A stretch of DNA of 46,108 nt from positions 1-46,108 of the forward strand of contig JAVHQG010000200.1 of assembly GCA_036171035.1 (NCBI GenBank), given 5' to 3'. This DNA comes from Bacteroidales bacterium. Lineage in GTDB: Bacteria > Bacteroidota > Bacteroidia > Bacteroidales > GWF2-35-48. Both the position numbers and the translations under genes were made by a program. Under the pieces are notes generated by a model. That model was not told the DNA's origin. It was given only the letters and a program-made list of their open reading frames with translations, and ran no database searches. The number at the start of each line of letters is the position of its first letter. Within the stretch, counting starts at the first letter, position 1. This document shows, one piece after another, positions 1 to 9,343 of the stretch.

Positions 1-125
1 GTTATTCAAATTAAATCCCTTCGGGATTAATATAAAAATGAAGTGAGAAATGTTGATTAAGAAAAAAAGAAAAAATCAGGCACATCAATGAGGAATGCTA
101 TGCCTGCCACGCTAACACACACGCA

Positions 126-2606
126 TTGAAATACTTTAAAAATATAGTTTACGTATTCTTGCCATTGATGCTCGTATCATCTGTTTTGTTTGCACAGGAG
201 ACAAAGATTAGAGGAAAGGTTCTTGATAAAACTTCGAGAGAGCCAATACCATTTGTTAATATCGTTTTTCAAGGAAAGAAAAATGTTGGAACAATTAGTG
301 ATTTTAATGGTGATTTTTTTCTTGAAACGCGTACACCTACTGACTCTGTAATAATTTCATATATAGGCTATATATCCCAAACGTTGAAGGTTCAAATAGG
401 TAGATTTCAAAATATTAATATCGACCTTGAATCAGATGATATCAGGCTTGATGAGGTAGTTGTTCGTCCGGGAGAAAATCCGGCAAACATAATATTGAAA
501 AATATTATTGATAAAAAAGAACAAAATAATCCTGATAAGTTGGAACAATATAGTTACGAGGTTTACAATAAACTGGAAATTGATGTCAATAATATTGATG
601 AAGAGTTTAAGAAAAATAAAGCTTTCAAACATTTCCAATTTGTGTTTGATTATATTGATACATCAGCTATTACAGGAAAGAATTTTTTACCCGTTTTTAT
701 TTCTGAAACACTATCTGACTATTCATATAGGAAAAATCCGAAGACAGACAAAGAAGTTATTAAAGCAAATAATATTTCAGGTATTTCAAATGAAAGTGTC
801 TCTCAATTAATGGGGCAGATGTACTTTAAGGTTAATATTTATGATAATTTTATTGATGCTTTTGGAAAAGGATTTGTGAGCCCGATTGCAAATTTTGGGA
901 AAATGTATTATAAATATTATTTACTTGATAGTATGTTTATTGGAAATCAGTGGTGTTATCAGATTTCATTCAAACCGCGAAGGAAGCAGGAGCCAACATT
1001 CACCGGCGACTTTTGGGTGCATGATACAACTTTTGCAATAAAAAAATTACAATTGAGAATTGCTGATGATGCTAACATCAATTTTATTAAAGACCTTGTA
1101 TTAAATCAGGAATACGAACGTGTGGAAAATGATGTGTGGATGATTAGTAAAGATAAGGTCTTTATTGATTTTAATTTAGCCGATAAAAAAGCCGGTTTCT
1201 TTGGTCGGAAATCAACATCTTTCAAAAATTTTAAATTTAATAATCAGGTTGATACAAAGATATTTGATGAGGTTAACAATATAATTGTACAAAAAGATGC
1301 AACAGAGAAGGATAACGAATTTTGGAAAGCTGCCCGACATGACACGTTAACATCGAAAGAAAAATCAATTTACGCAATGGTGGATTCTATTAAAGAAGTC
1401 CCCATGTTTAAGACTTTTGTGGAAATAATAAATCTTTTTATAACAGGCTATAAAGAATATAAATATGTTGAATTTGGTCCGTATTTTAAGACCTATAGCT
1501 TTAATCCTATTGAAGGTCATCGTTTTAGAATAGGAGCTAGAACCACTTATAATTTTAGTAAATATTTGCAATTAGATGGGCATGTGGCTGTTGGAACTAC
1601 TGATGAAAAAGTAAAATATGGATTAGGTACAAGGTTCATTTTTAACTTGGCTCCATTAAATGAAATCCGTCTGTATCATAAAAATGATTTGGAACAGCTT
1701 GGTGTAAGTGAAAATGCACTCATGCACGATAATATTTTAGCTTCAGCACTTGCACGAAATCCGAACTATAAATTAAGCCGCATTGAGCTCTATCAGGCAT
1801 CATATGAAAAGGAATGGTTCTTGGGATTCTCTAATAAATTGATGTTTTCGCACAGTTCAATATATCCAACCGATTCCATAAACTTTATTTCATATGATTC
1901 TTTAACAACATATTTGCATTTGCGAACAGCAGAGATAACGTTGCGTACAAGATTTGCCTATCAAGAAAAATTTATTTTAGGGAAACAAAGCAGAATCAGC
2001 CTTGGAACAAAATACCCAGAAGTGTTTGTTGATTTTACAGCCGGTTTGAAGGATGTTATTGGAAGCAATTATGAATATTATAAGGTACGCATTAATATCA
2101 GGCATTTTATAAATACGTATCCTTTGGGATATTTTAAATATGTGATTGATGCAGGTCAAGTGTTTGGCAAAGCACCGTATCCATTTCTAGAGTTGCATAA
2201 AGGGAATGAGACATATTCATACGACGAGCTTGCATTTAATATGATGAACTATTATGAATTTGTTAGCGACAAGTGGATTAGTGTTTATGCAGAACAACAT
2301 CTTGAAGGCTTGTTTTTAAATAAAGTTCCTCTTTTTAGAAAGCTTAAAATGAGAGAAGTTATTTCTGCAAAAGGTGTTATTGGGGAGCTGAGCCCGGAGA
2401 ACAGAAAAATTCTGCAATTTCCGTGGTCATTGACTGCACTTGAGGGCGACAGAGCCGGAATCCCAAAACCGTATTTTGAGGCTGGAGTTGGGATTGAGAA
2501 TATAGTAAAGATTATTAGGGTAGATGCAGTTTGGCGATTGGCATACCTTGATAGAACCAATATTTCTAAATTTGGTATCAGGGCAACACTCCAGATTAAT
2601 TTCTGA
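126..2606 (+). CDS. Outer-membrane protein with an N-terminal CarboxypepD_reg-like domain (DUF5686-type)
   Basis: 826-aa ORF. Signal peptide MKYFKNIVYVFLPLMLVSSVLFAQE. The segment KIRGKVLDKTSREPIPFVNIVF resembles the carboxypeptidase-regulatory-like fold common at the N-terminus of Bacteroidota outer-membrane proteins. The C-terminus ...RATLQINF ends in an aromatic residue, as beta-barrels do. The start codon is TTG, so the exact start is uncertain. Confidence 0.7.
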   Translation: MKYFKNIVYVFLPLMLVSSVLFAQETKIRGKVLDKTSREPIPFVNIVFQGKKNVGTISDFNGDFFLETRTPTDSVIISYIGYISQTLKVQIGRFQNINIDLESDDIRLDEVVVRPGENPANIILKNIIDKKEQNNPDKLEQYSYEVYNKLEIDVNNIDEEFKKNKAFKHFQFVFDYIDTSAITGKNFLPVFISETLSDYSYRKNPKTDKEVIKANNISGISNESVSQLMGQMYFKVNIYDNFIDAFGKGFVSPIANFGKMYYKYYLLDSMFIGNQWCYQISFKPRRKQEPTFTGDFWVHDTTFAIKKLQLRIADDANINFIKDLVLNQEYERVENDVWMISKDKVFIDFNLADKKAGFFGRKSTSFKNFKFNNQVDTKIFDEVNNIIVQKDATEKDNEFWKAARHDTLTSKEKSIYAMVDSIKEVPMFKTFVEIINLFITGYKEYKYVEFGPYFKTYSFNPIEGHRFRIGARTTYNFSKYLQLDGHVAVGTTDEKVKYGLGTRFIFNLAPLNEIRLYHKNDLEQLGVSENALMHDNILASALARNPNYKLSRIELYQASYEKEWFLGFSNKLMFSHSSIYPTDSINFISYDSLTTYLHLRTAEITLRTRFAYQEKFILGKQSRISLGTKYPEVFVDFTAGLKDVIGSNYEYYKVRINIRHFINTYPLGYFKYVIDAGQVFGKAPYPFLELHKGNETYSYDELAFNMMNYYEFVSDKWISVYAEQHLEGLFLNKVPLFRKLKMREVISAKGVIGELSPENRKILQFPWSLTALEGDRAGIPKPYFEAGVGIENIVKIIRVDAVWRLAYLDRTNISKFGIRATLQINF

Positions 2607-2612
2607 TTACAC

Positions 2613-3326
2613 ATGGTTTTGAAAATAATTCTTTTTGCCCTTATCACATATTTTGGCTGTAACCAAATACAAGCCCAAACTGTGTTGTTTGAACAAAATC
2701 TAAAAGCTGATTCAGCAAAGCCTGTTTTTGGTCAGAATTTAAAACACTTTTATTGTCCCTATTTTAGTTTCGGATTTGTTTGTGGTAAATCATCTCAAAA
2801 TGGAGCAAATGTGGTTTATGGACTGTCAAACAGTCTGAATTTTGGGGTGAGCTATAAAAGAAAAATTTCTAGCTTTTATGCAGTTGGATATAATCTTGGA
2901 CTTACCTCAACTCGCTATAAAATAAATGATGCTAACGTTACTCATTTTATTGATGATTCTTTGCAGAAAGTAAAAAAACTTGTATTGACAGATGTGTTTT
3001 TTGAATTATATAATCGTTTTAACTTTGGTAAACGCGGCAATATTATTGGCAAATATATTGATTTGGGACTGTATGGTTCACTGATGCCTTTTTCGAAATT
3101 GAACGTGGAAGATACGGAAACCATTCAGGGCAAAGATGTAGTGAGCGTTAAAAATATTAGAAATTTGAGTTTTATTGAGCCTTTTGGATATGGCGTTTCG
3201 GTTAAAATTGGGATAAATCGTTTTGCTATATCTTGTTCTTACAGAATAATAAGTCTTTTCAAAACTAGTTCAAACCTGCCGGACTTGCCTCAATATAACG
3301 TAGGGTTTCAAATAGCTGTTTATTGA
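2613..3326 (+). CDS. Putative small outer-membrane beta-barrel protein (hypothetical)
   Basis: 237-aa ORF starting 6 nt after the preceding gene. Signal peptide ...YFGCNQIQAQ. Shows alternating hydrophobic pattern and a C-terminal ...GFQIAVY aromatic end. No specific family recognised. Confidence 0.5.
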   Translation: MVLKIILFALITYFGCNQIQAQTVLFEQNLKADSAKPVFGQNLKHFYCPYFSFGFVCGKSSQNGANVVYGLSNSLNFGVSYKRKISSFYAVGYNLGLTSTRYKINDANVTHFIDDSLQKVKKLVLTDVFFELYNRFNFGKRGNIIGKYIDLGLYGSLMPFSKLNVEDTETIQGKDVVSVKNIRNLSFIEPFGYGVSVKIGINRFAISCSYRIISLFKTSSNLPDLPQYNVGFQIAVY

Positions 3327-3335
3327 GGCTATTTT

Positions 3336-4322
3336 TTAATCTTTCACTAATCTAACAGAATAGCCATAAGATTTTATAAAACTGTTCCTGGAAATAAATG
3401 AAGCCGTGCAAACTAAACTTCTGCTCCATGAATTTGTTGCAGTGTATAATGTTGCAGTCCAGAATCCGGCAGTATTTCCCATATCTCCAAAGCTTCCCGT
3501 GTTTGTGCGATAACCGCCGGCGAAAGCTGTAAATCCACTACTGTTGTTACCCGTATTACCGGTTGCCCAATGTGTAGTTCCTGATTCTTTTAATTTATCA
3601 CCTGCAGTGTTTGAACCTCCCAAATAAATAGATAATATTTGCCAGTCGTTGTCTGTTGGAACATGCCAGCCCGTTGGGGCAATGTTTCTGACATCATTCA
3701 CTGCATACCAGTTATAAAGTAAACCATAAGTGTTTATATTCGCTGAATTATTTGTGTAACTGCAACACGCTCCTGATGTTTGCGCACTCCACTGTGCGTT
3801 GTCGGATATGTTTGAAATTGCATCACCATTCATATAGTGAGTTGTTTTCAGATTTTCTTTCATCCATGTTTGTGTGCCGATAGTAATTACTTGATACATA
3901 TTCCCATCATAGTCGGCTATGGTATTTGCTTGAAGAGTTGTAAAAGATACTTGATTTCCATATCCTGTTCCGGCACTATTGGTTGCAAATGCTCTCACGT
4001 AGTAGGTTGTGTTTGCATTTAACCCGCTTACATTATTTGAAAATGAAACAGCGTTTTCCACATCATTTGCTGAGATACTATTCGATGTTGTAGGATTTTG
4101 AGATGTTCCCCAGCAAACGCCTTTTGCTGTAATGGCGGCTCCACCGTCACTTGAAATATTTCCACCGCTTTGTGCAGATGTTTGCGTGATTGCAGAGACA
4201 GCGGTTGTTGTTAAAGTCGGAACATTAGGAGTGCTACTGTTTTTATCGGGAGTATCTTTTTTTTTACAGCCGGAAAGTACTACAATTGTAAGGATGAATA
4301 GGTAAAAGAGTGATTTTTTCAT
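3336..4322 (-). CDS. FISUMP (Fibrobacter succinogenes major paralogous domain) lipoprotein with an N-terminal Ig/FN3-like domain
   Basis: The motif YDGNMYQVITIGTQTWMKENLKTTHY...GLLYNWYAV...IAPTGWHVPTDNDW...GYR...G.FWT...YGYSVRLVKD is the classic Fib_succ_major signature. The start is trimmed to ATG at 4322 (MKKSLFYLFILTIVVLSGC lipobox), because the longer track ORF runs into the tRNA gene. Confidence 0.8.
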   Translation of the reverse strand: MKKSLFYLFILTIVVLSGCKKKDTPDKNSSTPNVPTLTTTAVSAITQTSAQSGGNISSDGGAAITAKGVCWGTSQNPTTSNSISANDVENAVSFSNNVSGLNANTTYYVRAFATNSAGTGYGNQVSFTTLQANTIADYDGNMYQVITIGTQTWMKENLKTTHYMNGDAISNISDNAQWSAQTSGACCSYTNNSANINTYGLLYNWYAVNDVRNIAPTGWHVPTDNDWQILSIYLGGSNTAGDKLKESGTTHWATGNTGNNSSGFTAFAGGYRTNTGSFGDMGNTAGFWTATLYTATNSWSRSLVCTASFISRNSFIKSYGYSVRLVKD

Positions 4323-4338
4323 CTGTTTGTTTATTATA

Positions 4339-4376
4339 AAAATACCCTGTTTTAGAATTTTAAAACAAGGTATTTT
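4339..4376 (-). terminator. AT-rich hairpin downstream of tRNA-His (possible terminator)
   Basis: Inverted repeat aaaataccctgtttta / taaaacaaggtatttt with 1 mismatch and a 6-nt loop. It lies between the tRNA 3' end and the FISUMP gene start. The trailing U-tract is imperfect. Confidence 0.35.
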
Positions 4377-4390
4377 AGTTTTAGTTTTAG

Positions 4391-4465
4391 GGTGGAGAAT
4401 GGGGCTCGAACCCACGACCCTCAGAACCACAATCTGATGCTCTAACCAACTGAGCTACCCCCACC
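4391..4465 (-). tRNA. tRNA-His (anticodon GTG) with a genome-encoded G-1
   Basis: The reverse complement reads G-GTGGGGG-TA-GCTC-AGTTGGTTA-GAGC-A-TCAGA-TTGTGGT-TCTGA-GGGTC-GTGGG-TTCGAGC-CCCAT-TCTCCAC-C. This gives a cloverleaf with a GTG anticodon, a TTCGAGC T-loop and the extra 5' G typical of bacterial tRNA-His. Confidence 0.9.
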
Positions 4466-4558
4466 ATATAGAGGGGACAAAAGTAATAAATTTTTTAATT
4501 CATAATCCCAAATCTTTAAAAAAATGTATTTTTGAGCACAAATCATATTTTAATCAAA

Positions 4559-6694
4559 ATGAAAAATTATGTATTACTATGTGTTGTTCTGCTGTTTATT
4601 CTCGAATCATGCAATCAAAACGATGGTAAAATGAATCTTAAATATCCAAAAACTAAAAAAGTAGATCAAGTGGATGATTACTTTGGAACAAAAGTAGCAG
4701 ATCCTTACCGTTGGCTGGAAAACGATACTTCAAAAGAAACGGCATCGTGGGTAAAAGCTGAAAATAAAGTAACCTTTGATTATCTTTCCAAAATCCCTTT
4801 TAGGGAAAAAATCCGTGAAAGATTAAAGCAAATCTGGGATTTTCCTAGAAATTATGCACCATTTAAAAAATCAGGATTATGGTTTTTTTATAAAAATAAT
4901 GGTTTGCAGAACCAGTCTGTATTGTATGTCCTTAAAAATGTTGAAGATATGCAGTCGGCAAGGGTTTTAATTGATCCAAACACAATGTCTGTTGATGGGA
5001 CTACAGCTTTGGGTTCTGTTTCAGTATCAAAAGATGGGAAATATATAGCCTATTCAATTGCTCGGGGAGGTTCAGACTGGAACGAGATTTTAGTGAAAGA
5101 AATTGAAACAGGAAAAGAGTTGAGTGATGAGATTAAGTGGGTTAAGTTTTCGGGAATTTCGTGGTTTAAAAATGGATTTTTCTATAGTGCTTACGAGCCT
5201 CCAAAGCAAGGCACTGAGCTTTCCAAAAAGAATGAGTTTCACCGACTTTATTATCATAAATTAGGGACACCGCAAAGTGCAGATGCTTTAATTATTGATA
5301 ATAAAAAAGAACCCTTACGGATGTTCTACGGCTCTGTTACAAGTGATGAGAAGTATTTGATTATTTATGAAGAAACACAAGGTAAAAGGGGAAATGGCGT
5401 TTGGATAAAAGATATGCAAAAGCCTACTGCTGCATTGATACATTTGATTGAATCGTTTGATTTTGAATATAGTTTTTTTGATAATGATGGAAGTGTTTTA
5501 TTTGCACGAACAAATTTTGATGCTCCAAAATATAAAATTATCTCAATAGATATTAACAAATCAAAAAAGGAGAATTTAAAAGACATCATTCCTGAAAAAG
5601 AAAATGTGTTGGAAAGCTGTCAGAATGCAGGTGGGAAGTTTATTGTGCAATATATGAAAGATGCCTATTCTCAATTAGAGGTACACGAGCGAACAGGGGC
5701 ATTTGTTCAGGAGATAAAATTAACAGGGATTGGCTCTGTGTCATCATTTAACGGCGATGTAGCGGATGCGCTGGCATTTTATACGTTCACATCATTTACT
5801 ACACCCGGCGATATTTATAAATTTGATGTAAAATCAGGCAAAAGCTCATTGTATGAGTCTTCTAAAATTAAGTTTGATGGCTCATTGTATGAAATAAAGC
5901 AAGTGTTTTATCCAAGTAAAGATGGTACAAAAATACCGATGTTTATTACTTACAAAAAGGGGATAAAACTAGATGGCAGTAACCCTACTATCCTTTATGG
6001 CTATGGAGGTTTTAATGTGAAAATTACACCCTCTTTTAATATTGCTTATGTTGCATGGCTTGAGAATGGTGGCGTGTATGCTGTTGCTAATCTCAGGGGA
6101 GGAGGGGAGTATGGTAAAAAATGGCATGTAGCAGGCACAAAGCTGCAAAAACAAAATGTATTTGATGATTATATTGCTGCAGCCGAATATTTAATAAAAG
6201 AGAAATATACCCGATCTGAAAAGCTGGTTGCCCGAGGAGGATCGAATGGAGGATTATTAGTGGGAGCTGTAATTAATCAGAGGCCAGATCTTTTTAAGGT
6301 TGCACTGCCCGCAGTAGGCGTGATGGATATGCTTCGCTTTCATAAGTTTACAATAGGTTGGAATTGGGTTTCAGACTATGGCTCGAGCGAAAACAAAGAA
6401 GAATTTGCATATATTTATAAATATTCACCCTTACACAACATAAAGTCAGAAGCAAAATATCCTGCCGTTTTGGTAACTACTGCAGATCATGATGACAGAG
6501 TGGTGCCGGCACATTCTTTCAAATATATAGCCACAATGCACGAAAAATATTGTGGAGAAAATCCCGTTTTGATACGTATTGAAACAATGGCAGGGCACAG
6601 TGCCGGAAAGTCCACTACGAAGCTGATAGACGAATATACAGATGTGTTTTCATTTGTTTTTTATAATCTTGGAATAGAACCAGCATACAAATAA
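4559..6694 (+). CDS. Prolyl oligopeptidase (S9A prolyl endopeptidase), lipoprotein/secreted form
   Basis: Contains DDYFGTKVADPYRWLEN, the catalytic GGSNGGLL serine motif, and a C-terminal DHDDRV...GH triad region. Start set to ATG 4559 (MKNYVLLCVVLLFILESC lipobox-like) rather than the upstream TTG. Confidence 0.9.
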   Translation: MKNYVLLCVVLLFILESCNQNDGKMNLKYPKTKKVDQVDDYFGTKVADPYRWLENDTSKETASWVKAENKVTFDYLSKIPFREKIRERLKQIWDFPRNYAPFKKSGLWFFYKNNGLQNQSVLYVLKNVEDMQSARVLIDPNTMSVDGTTALGSVSVSKDGKYIAYSIARGGSDWNEILVKEIETGKELSDEIKWVKFSGISWFKNGFFYSAYEPPKQGTELSKKNEFHRLYYHKLGTPQSADALIIDNKKEPLRMFYGSVTSDEKYLIIYEETQGKRGNGVWIKDMQKPTAALIHLIESFDFEYSFFDNDGSVLFARTNFDAPKYKIISIDINKSKKENLKDIIPEKENVLESCQNAGGKFIVQYMKDAYSQLEVHERTGAFVQEIKLTGIGSVSSFNGDVADALAFYTFTSFTTPGDIYKFDVKSGKSSLYESSKIKFDGSLYEIKQVFYPSKDGTKIPMFITYKKGIKLDGSNPTILYGYGGFNVKITPSFNIAYVAWLENGGVYAVANLRGGGEYGKKWHVAGTKLQKQNVFDDYIAAAEYLIKEKYTRSEKLVARGGSNGGLLVGAVINQRPDLFKVALPAVGVMDMLRFHKFTIGWNWVSDYGSSENKEEFAYIYKYSPLHNIKSEAKYPAVLVTTADHDDRVVPAHSFKYIATMHEKYCGENPVLIRIETMAGHSAGKSTTKLIDEYTDVFSFVFYNLGIEPAYK

Positions 6695-6696
6695 TT

Positions 6697-7239
6697 ATGT
6701 CAATTACAAAAGAAGAAAGTCTGCGAAACGAGGCACTTAAAAATGTAGCAATAAGAATGATGATGGCAGCCCGTACGGCTCCTAAAAGTAGAGGTATCGA
6801 CAATCTTGAAATAGCGATTGTTGAAGGAGAAACAATTCATGCGTTATCGAAAAAAATGAAAGAAATTTTTCTGTCCACCGGTCAGCATTTTTTTGAGCGC
6901 GACTCGGAAAATATTCTTAATTCGCCTGTTATAGTGCTTCTTGGAACAAAAATAACTCCAATTAATTTGGTAAAATGTGGCATGTGCGGATTTGTAAATT
7001 GTATTGCAAAAAATAAAGAGGCAGGGCATCCTTGTGCATTTAATACAGTAGATCTTGGCATCGCAATGGGTTCAGCAGTTAGCATTGCGGCAGATTGCAG
7101 AGTAGATTGCAGGGTGATGTTTTCCGTTGGACAAGCAGCTTTGCAACTACAACTTCTTGGTAACGACGTAAAAATTGTATATGGCATTCCATTATCAGCA
7201 ACAGGGAAAAATCCATTTTTCGATAGAAAGCCTGTGTAG
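6697..7239 (+). CDS. DUF2148-type ferredoxin-like domain protein
   Basis: 180 aa. AARTAPKSRGIDNLEIAIV and CGMCGFVNC...C motifs match my memory of DUF2148 proteins. It starts 2 nt after the peptidase stop codon. Confidence 0.6.
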   Translation: MSITKEESLRNEALKNVAIRMMMAARTAPKSRGIDNLEIAIVEGETIHALSKKMKEIFLSTGQHFFERDSENILNSPVIVLLGTKITPINLVKCGMCGFVNCIAKNKEAGHPCAFNTVDLGIAMGSAVSIAADCRVDCRVMFSVGQAALQLQLLGNDVKIVYGIPLSATGKNPFFDRKPV

Positions 7240-7269
7240 AGCCTTCTACAGTCTAAATTTATCACAGAT

Positions 7270-7300
7270 TTTGTAATAATTAAAAAAATAAGTAGGTTTG
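7270..7300 (+). promoter_or_regulatory. Bacteroidota-type promoter (-33 TTTG / -7 TAnnTTTG) for the Wzz-like cluster
   Basis: TTTG at 7270-7273, a 19-nt spacer, then TAGGTTTG at 7293-7300, about 23 nt upstream of ATG 7323. Confidence 0.4.
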
Positions 7301-7322
7301 CTGCCCTTATTGAAAAGAGTAA

Positions 7323-8327
7323 ATGGAAGAGAACACAGATAAAAATTTTGATTTTAATACTCAATATTTACTTCAATATATAATTAAGCATAGGAATCCT
7401 CTGTTTATTGTTATTGTAGCATCTTTTGTGATTTCGTCAGTGGTTACGTTGATTATGCCTCCTGAATTCAAATCTACTGCTATCATTTTTCCTACAGCAT
7501 CTACATCAATCTCAAATTCATTGTTAGGTATAAATCTTCCCAAGAAAGAGATTTTAAGTTTTGGAAAAGAAGAAGAAGTTGAACAAATGTTGCAAGTTCT
7601 GCAAAGTGATGAAATTAAGAGTAGAATTGTAAAGAAATATAATTTAATGCAACATTATGGTATTGGCAATTCCAGGTATCCACAAACAAGGCTAGATAAC
7701 AAATATAAAGAAAACATAAATTTTATCAGAACACAATATTTTTCAATTGAAATTGAGGTTTACGACAAAGACCCACACATTGCTGCAAATATTTCAAATG
7801 ATATAGCCGCCTACATTGACACGACCATTAACAATATGTTACGGGAGCGTGCAATGAAAGCGTTTAAGCTTGTAGAAAATGAATATTTATCATTGTTGAA
7901 ATATAAGAAAGACCTTGAAGATTCATTAAAACGAATACAGGAAAAAGGAATTTATCATTATGAATATCAGTCACAGGCACTGAATGAGGCATTGGGGAAA
8001 GCATTAGCTGATGGCAAAATGAAAGGTGCTGAATTAATAGAAGCTAAATTGAAAATTCTTGCTCAATATGGTGGAGCTTACATATCTGTGCGTGATTTGC
8101 TTGAACGAGAAACAGAAAAATTAAGCATTTTAGAGTCTAAATTTGCAGAAGCAAAAATTGATGTGAACCAAGATCTCCCACATAAATTTGTGGTTTCAAA
8201 AGCAGTTATTGCTGAGAAAAAAACCTATCCTGTTGAGTGGCTGATTATTTTGTTAAGTGTGATGTTCTCATTTACAATAGGGGTTTTTACGCTCATCGTT
8301 TTAGATAGATTAAAAAAAAAAGCTTAA
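7323..8327 (+). CDS. Polysaccharide co-polymerase / chain-length determinant (Wzz-like), paralogue 1
   Basis: N-terminal TM followed by PPEFKSTAIIFP. Long coiled-coil middle region. C-terminal KKTYPVEWLIILLSVMFSFTIGVF second TM. This is PCP topology without a kinase domain. Confidence 0.65.
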   Translation: MEENTDKNFDFNTQYLLQYIIKHRNPLFIVIVASFVISSVVTLIMPPEFKSTAIIFPTASTSISNSLLGINLPKKEILSFGKEEEVEQMLQVLQSDEIKSRIVKKYNLMQHYGIGNSRYPQTRLDNKYKENINFIRTQYFSIEIEVYDKDPHIAANISNDIAAYIDTTINNMLRERAMKAFKLVENEYLSLLKYKKDLEDSLKRIQEKGIYHYEYQSQALNEALGKALADGKMKGAELIEAKLKILAQYGGAYISVRDLLERETEKLSILESKFAEAKIDVNQDLPHKFVVSKAVIAEKKTYPVEWLIILLSVMFSFTIGVFTLIVLDRLKKKA

Positions 8328-8392
8328 ATGAAATTGTAGTCGTATATTTTAAAAAGTTTGACGAAGTATTTCCAAAAATAAACTATAACGAT

Positions 8393-9331
8393 ATGGAAAA
8401 TTTTTTTAATAACAAAAGCCTCTTTCTACTGGTCAACAAGTGGAAAAGACACATACTAATTGTGGTCGTTTCTGCAACGGTGCTTGGTGCATTTATATCG
8501 TCTCCAATAATTATTACACCGCTATTCAAATCAAGTGCAGTTTTATATCCGGTAAATCTTCCTGAAATATCGAAGGAATCGAAAACTGAACAGATGATGC
8601 AGATTATTAAATCGACAGATATTAGCAGAAAATTAATTACATCACTCCATCTCGGACAACATTATAAAATTGATTCTGCAAGTGAGTTTTATTCGAATGT
8701 GATGTATGAATTAAGCAGTAATTTAACGATTTCAAAAACCGAATACGAAGGCGTTGAAATTGTGTCAACTGATAAAGATCCTGTTTTTGCAAGTATGCTG
8801 ATAGATTCGCTTATTAAGTTTTACAATGGTAAAGTTGAAACAATGCACAAAGCAAAAAATTTAGAAATGGTGCTTATTAGAGGTGGCGAGTTAAAAAAGA
8901 AACAAGCCGAGATAGATTCTTTGGAAACATTAATGAAAGGATTACGAACAAAATATGGTATTATTGATTATGGTGCACAAGCAAAAGAATTAACTCGCGG
9001 TTATGTGAACCTTTTAGCTAGTGGCAAGGGGGCAGGTTCTCGGCAGGTGGATACATTAATTAACAATTTAAAAATGAAAGGTGGCGATGCTTTGCTGCTT
9101 AATTCACTCCTAATAATTGCACAGAAACAATTTGAGTTTATTAAAGACGATTATGAAAAAAATCTCTCGGAAGTGAATAAAAAAATCACTTATGCTCATC
9201 TTGTCAGTACTCCTTTTCCTGCTGATAAAAAATCGTATCCAATCCGTTGGCTTATTGTACTCGGTTTTGCAGTTTCTTCTCTGATAATTTCTTTTATCGG
9301 GATTGCTTTTATTGAAAGTAGAAAACAATAA
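8393..9331 (+). CDS. Polysaccharide co-polymerase / chain-length determinant (Wzz-like), paralogue 2
   Basis: Same architecture as the upstream gene, with shared motifs: FKSSAVLYP, EQMMQIIKS, QHYKI, DKDP, and a C-terminal KKSYPIRWLIVLGF TM. Confidence 0.65.
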   Translation: MENFFNNKSLFLLVNKWKRHILIVVVSATVLGAFISSPIIITPLFKSSAVLYPVNLPEISKESKTEQMMQIIKSTDISRKLITSLHLGQHYKIDSASEFYSNVMYELSSNLTISKTEYEGVEIVSTDKDPVFASMLIDSLIKFYNGKVETMHKAKNLEMVLIRGGELKKKQAEIDSLETLMKGLRTKYGIIDYGAQAKELTRGYVNLLASGKGAGSRQVDTLINNLKMKGGDALLLNSLLIIAQKQFEFIKDDYEKNLSEVNKKITYAHLVSTPFPADKKSYPIRWLIVLGFAVSSLIISFIGIAFIESRKQ

Positions 9332-9343
9332 TACCGCACTGTT

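Noticed and set aside
10-30. A small hairpin aatccc-ttc-gggatt at the window start.
   Set aside because: It is short, lacks a U-tract on either strand, and its upstream context lies outside the window, so no function can be assigned.
4257-4265. A poly(A)9 tract encoding KKK just after the lipobox cysteine of the FISUMP gene, considered as a slipped-strand phase-variation switch. A similar A10 run lies at 8312-8321 near the end of the first Wzz-like gene.
   Set aside because: Homopolymer runs of this length are common throughout this AT-rich window and in Lys-rich segments. The 8312-8321 run would change only the last few residues. No population data are available to show length variation.
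4323-4430. The N-terminal 36-codon extension of the FISUMP ORF in the six-frame track (MVLRVVGSSPILHP...).
   Set aside because: It reads through the 3' half of the tRNA-His gene (4391-4465) and its downstream hairpin. The internal ATG at 4322 gives a proper lipoprotein signal peptide.
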